DNA of 64,000 nt from Lama guanicoe (Eukaryota): assembly GCA_013239625.1 (NCBI GenBank), contig MU056050.1, forward strand, positions 2,714,084-2,778,083, in the 5' to 3' direction. Shown one piece after another: positions 62,677 to 64,000 of this stretch. Every line of letters begins with the position of its first letter. The first letter of the stretch is position 1. The notes under the pieces are model-generated. The model did no database searches, had not been told where the DNA came from, and saw only the letters and a program-made list of their open reading frames with translations. The translations under genes and the position numbers were made by a program.

Positions 62677-63620
62677 GCCAGTGGTCTGCAAAGTGGAAGA
62701 TGTATGGGCCCCTAGGGGGTGAGCAAGATGATCTCTTTGGGTGTGGGGAAAACATTAAAATTTATACGTACTTTTTATCTCAAAAATAAAGACGTTAAGC
62801 CTGACTAAAGTTTAATCTTTGGATTGACACTGCCTCCTCACTTGGATCTCTGGGTTAAATGTGTCACATATATCCATCAGCACCGTGAAGGAAGAATGAG
62901 TGTTTCACAGTTCAAAGTAGTTCTCAGCAGTGGCCTCACTTGTTTTTTGCTTTCAGAATATTGCAACATACTGTGGTTTAACTGTGAAGGGGAAAAGTTA
63001 TGGCTTATATAATCTTAAATAATAGAATCTTTTGAATACTTTTTGGGGAGAATAACCATGGAAATCTTTTGTACCACCCAGAGGGTTCACTAGTTATCTT
63101 CAGGAAAATATTTTAAAAGTTGTTGAACTCAGAGATAAGTTACACTCTTTAAACAAAGACGACTGACTATTCCAAATTTGCCAACTTTTAGTTACTAAGT
63201 AGTTGGCAATAGTATGGTACCCAGAAGATATTTTTTAAAGAAGAAAAAGACTTAATCTATCCCTTCAAGGTGAATTTTGATGAGTGAAAAGTAATTGCTT
63301 TAAAAAAAAGCATATTTTAAAAATGGATACTGGAAAATGTTTCTATCTTTTATGTGATTTTTCTTGCTTTGGCACCTAAAAATATCTCTGGTATCTACAT
63401 AATTTTTGAAAATTGAAAAAATATTTCTAACCTCTTTAAAACTTTTCTAAATGAAGAATTTTAGTAAAATTTGACCCCATTTGTTAAAAATATTAGGGTA
63501 TCATACCTACTGATTAGTTTGCAGGCATAACTGATTAACATAAAAAATATAGAAATTTTCTAGGCAAGTTACAACAAAAACTCTTGAATAATTGGAGTAT
63601 GGAATTTTTTAAAATGCCTT
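62677..63620 (+). mobile_element. hAT-Charlie DNA transposon fossil with transposase remnants
   Basis: Left end cagtggtctgcaaagtg. 63062-63142 reads, across frameshifts, NLLYHPE.H*LSSGK...VVELRDKL, similar to the hAT motif LLYHTEVRWLSRGK..RV.ELR. DPF motif near 63475. Confidence 0.7.
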
Positions 63621-63784
63621 TGTGGTGATACATTCAGCACAGACAATGATGTACTTTTTCTGTTTGGAACTGTGTATCTTTGTGTCCTCTCTTTTTCAAA
63701 CAAGATAGCCAGTAAAACCTAGTATTGAACTAACCTAAATTTAGAGTCAGTCCTTCAAATGGATATATTATAGGATTTAAAAAA

Positions 63785-63865
63785 TTAACTGAATCTCTTT
63801 GCTGTACACCTGAAACTAACATTGTAAACTGATTACACTTCAAAAAAAAAAAGAATAAAAAAATC
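63785..63865 (+). mobile_element. Tiny L1 3' end with poly(A)
   Basis: actgaatctctttgctgtacacctgaaactaacattgtaaactgattacacttcaaaaaaaaa. Confidence 0.8.
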
Positions 63866-64000
63866 AAAATTAAGGAACTGTGTTGTCATATTTCTCTCAT
63901 TTAATAAATTAAGCGGAATAATGCTTTTAAGTGACAAAATTATTTTTGTACCATTAATAAAAAGTCTTATTTTATTTATTTATTTAGATTGAAGTATAGT

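Overview
Mammalian non-coding DNA (intergenic or intronic), dense in transposable elements. It is probably camelid, because it carries three tRNA-Ala-like SINEs of the vic-1 type. I found no intact protein-coding gene; every recognisable ORF is decayed L1 ORF1/ORF2, ERV Gag or hAT transposase. The main structure is a 7.67-kb two-LTR ERV1-class provirus (11654-19318, CTAG target-site duplication (TSD), tRNA-Ser primer-binding site (PBS)) inserted in a MIR. It has only Gag-like remnants and no recognisable pol or env. Inside its gag region sits a foreign ~0.66-kb CpG-rich, promoter-like segment fused to an L1 3'UTR piece, and its two LTRs diverge very unevenly. The window also holds a TSD-flanked L1 that keeps both ends but lacks the ORF2 endonuclease region, nested L1/SINE/MaLR/MER insertions, solo LTRs, DNA-transposon fossils, a 119-N gap and two repeat-free blocks that look like enhancers. 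Family names come from recalled consensus similarity, not from a database search.
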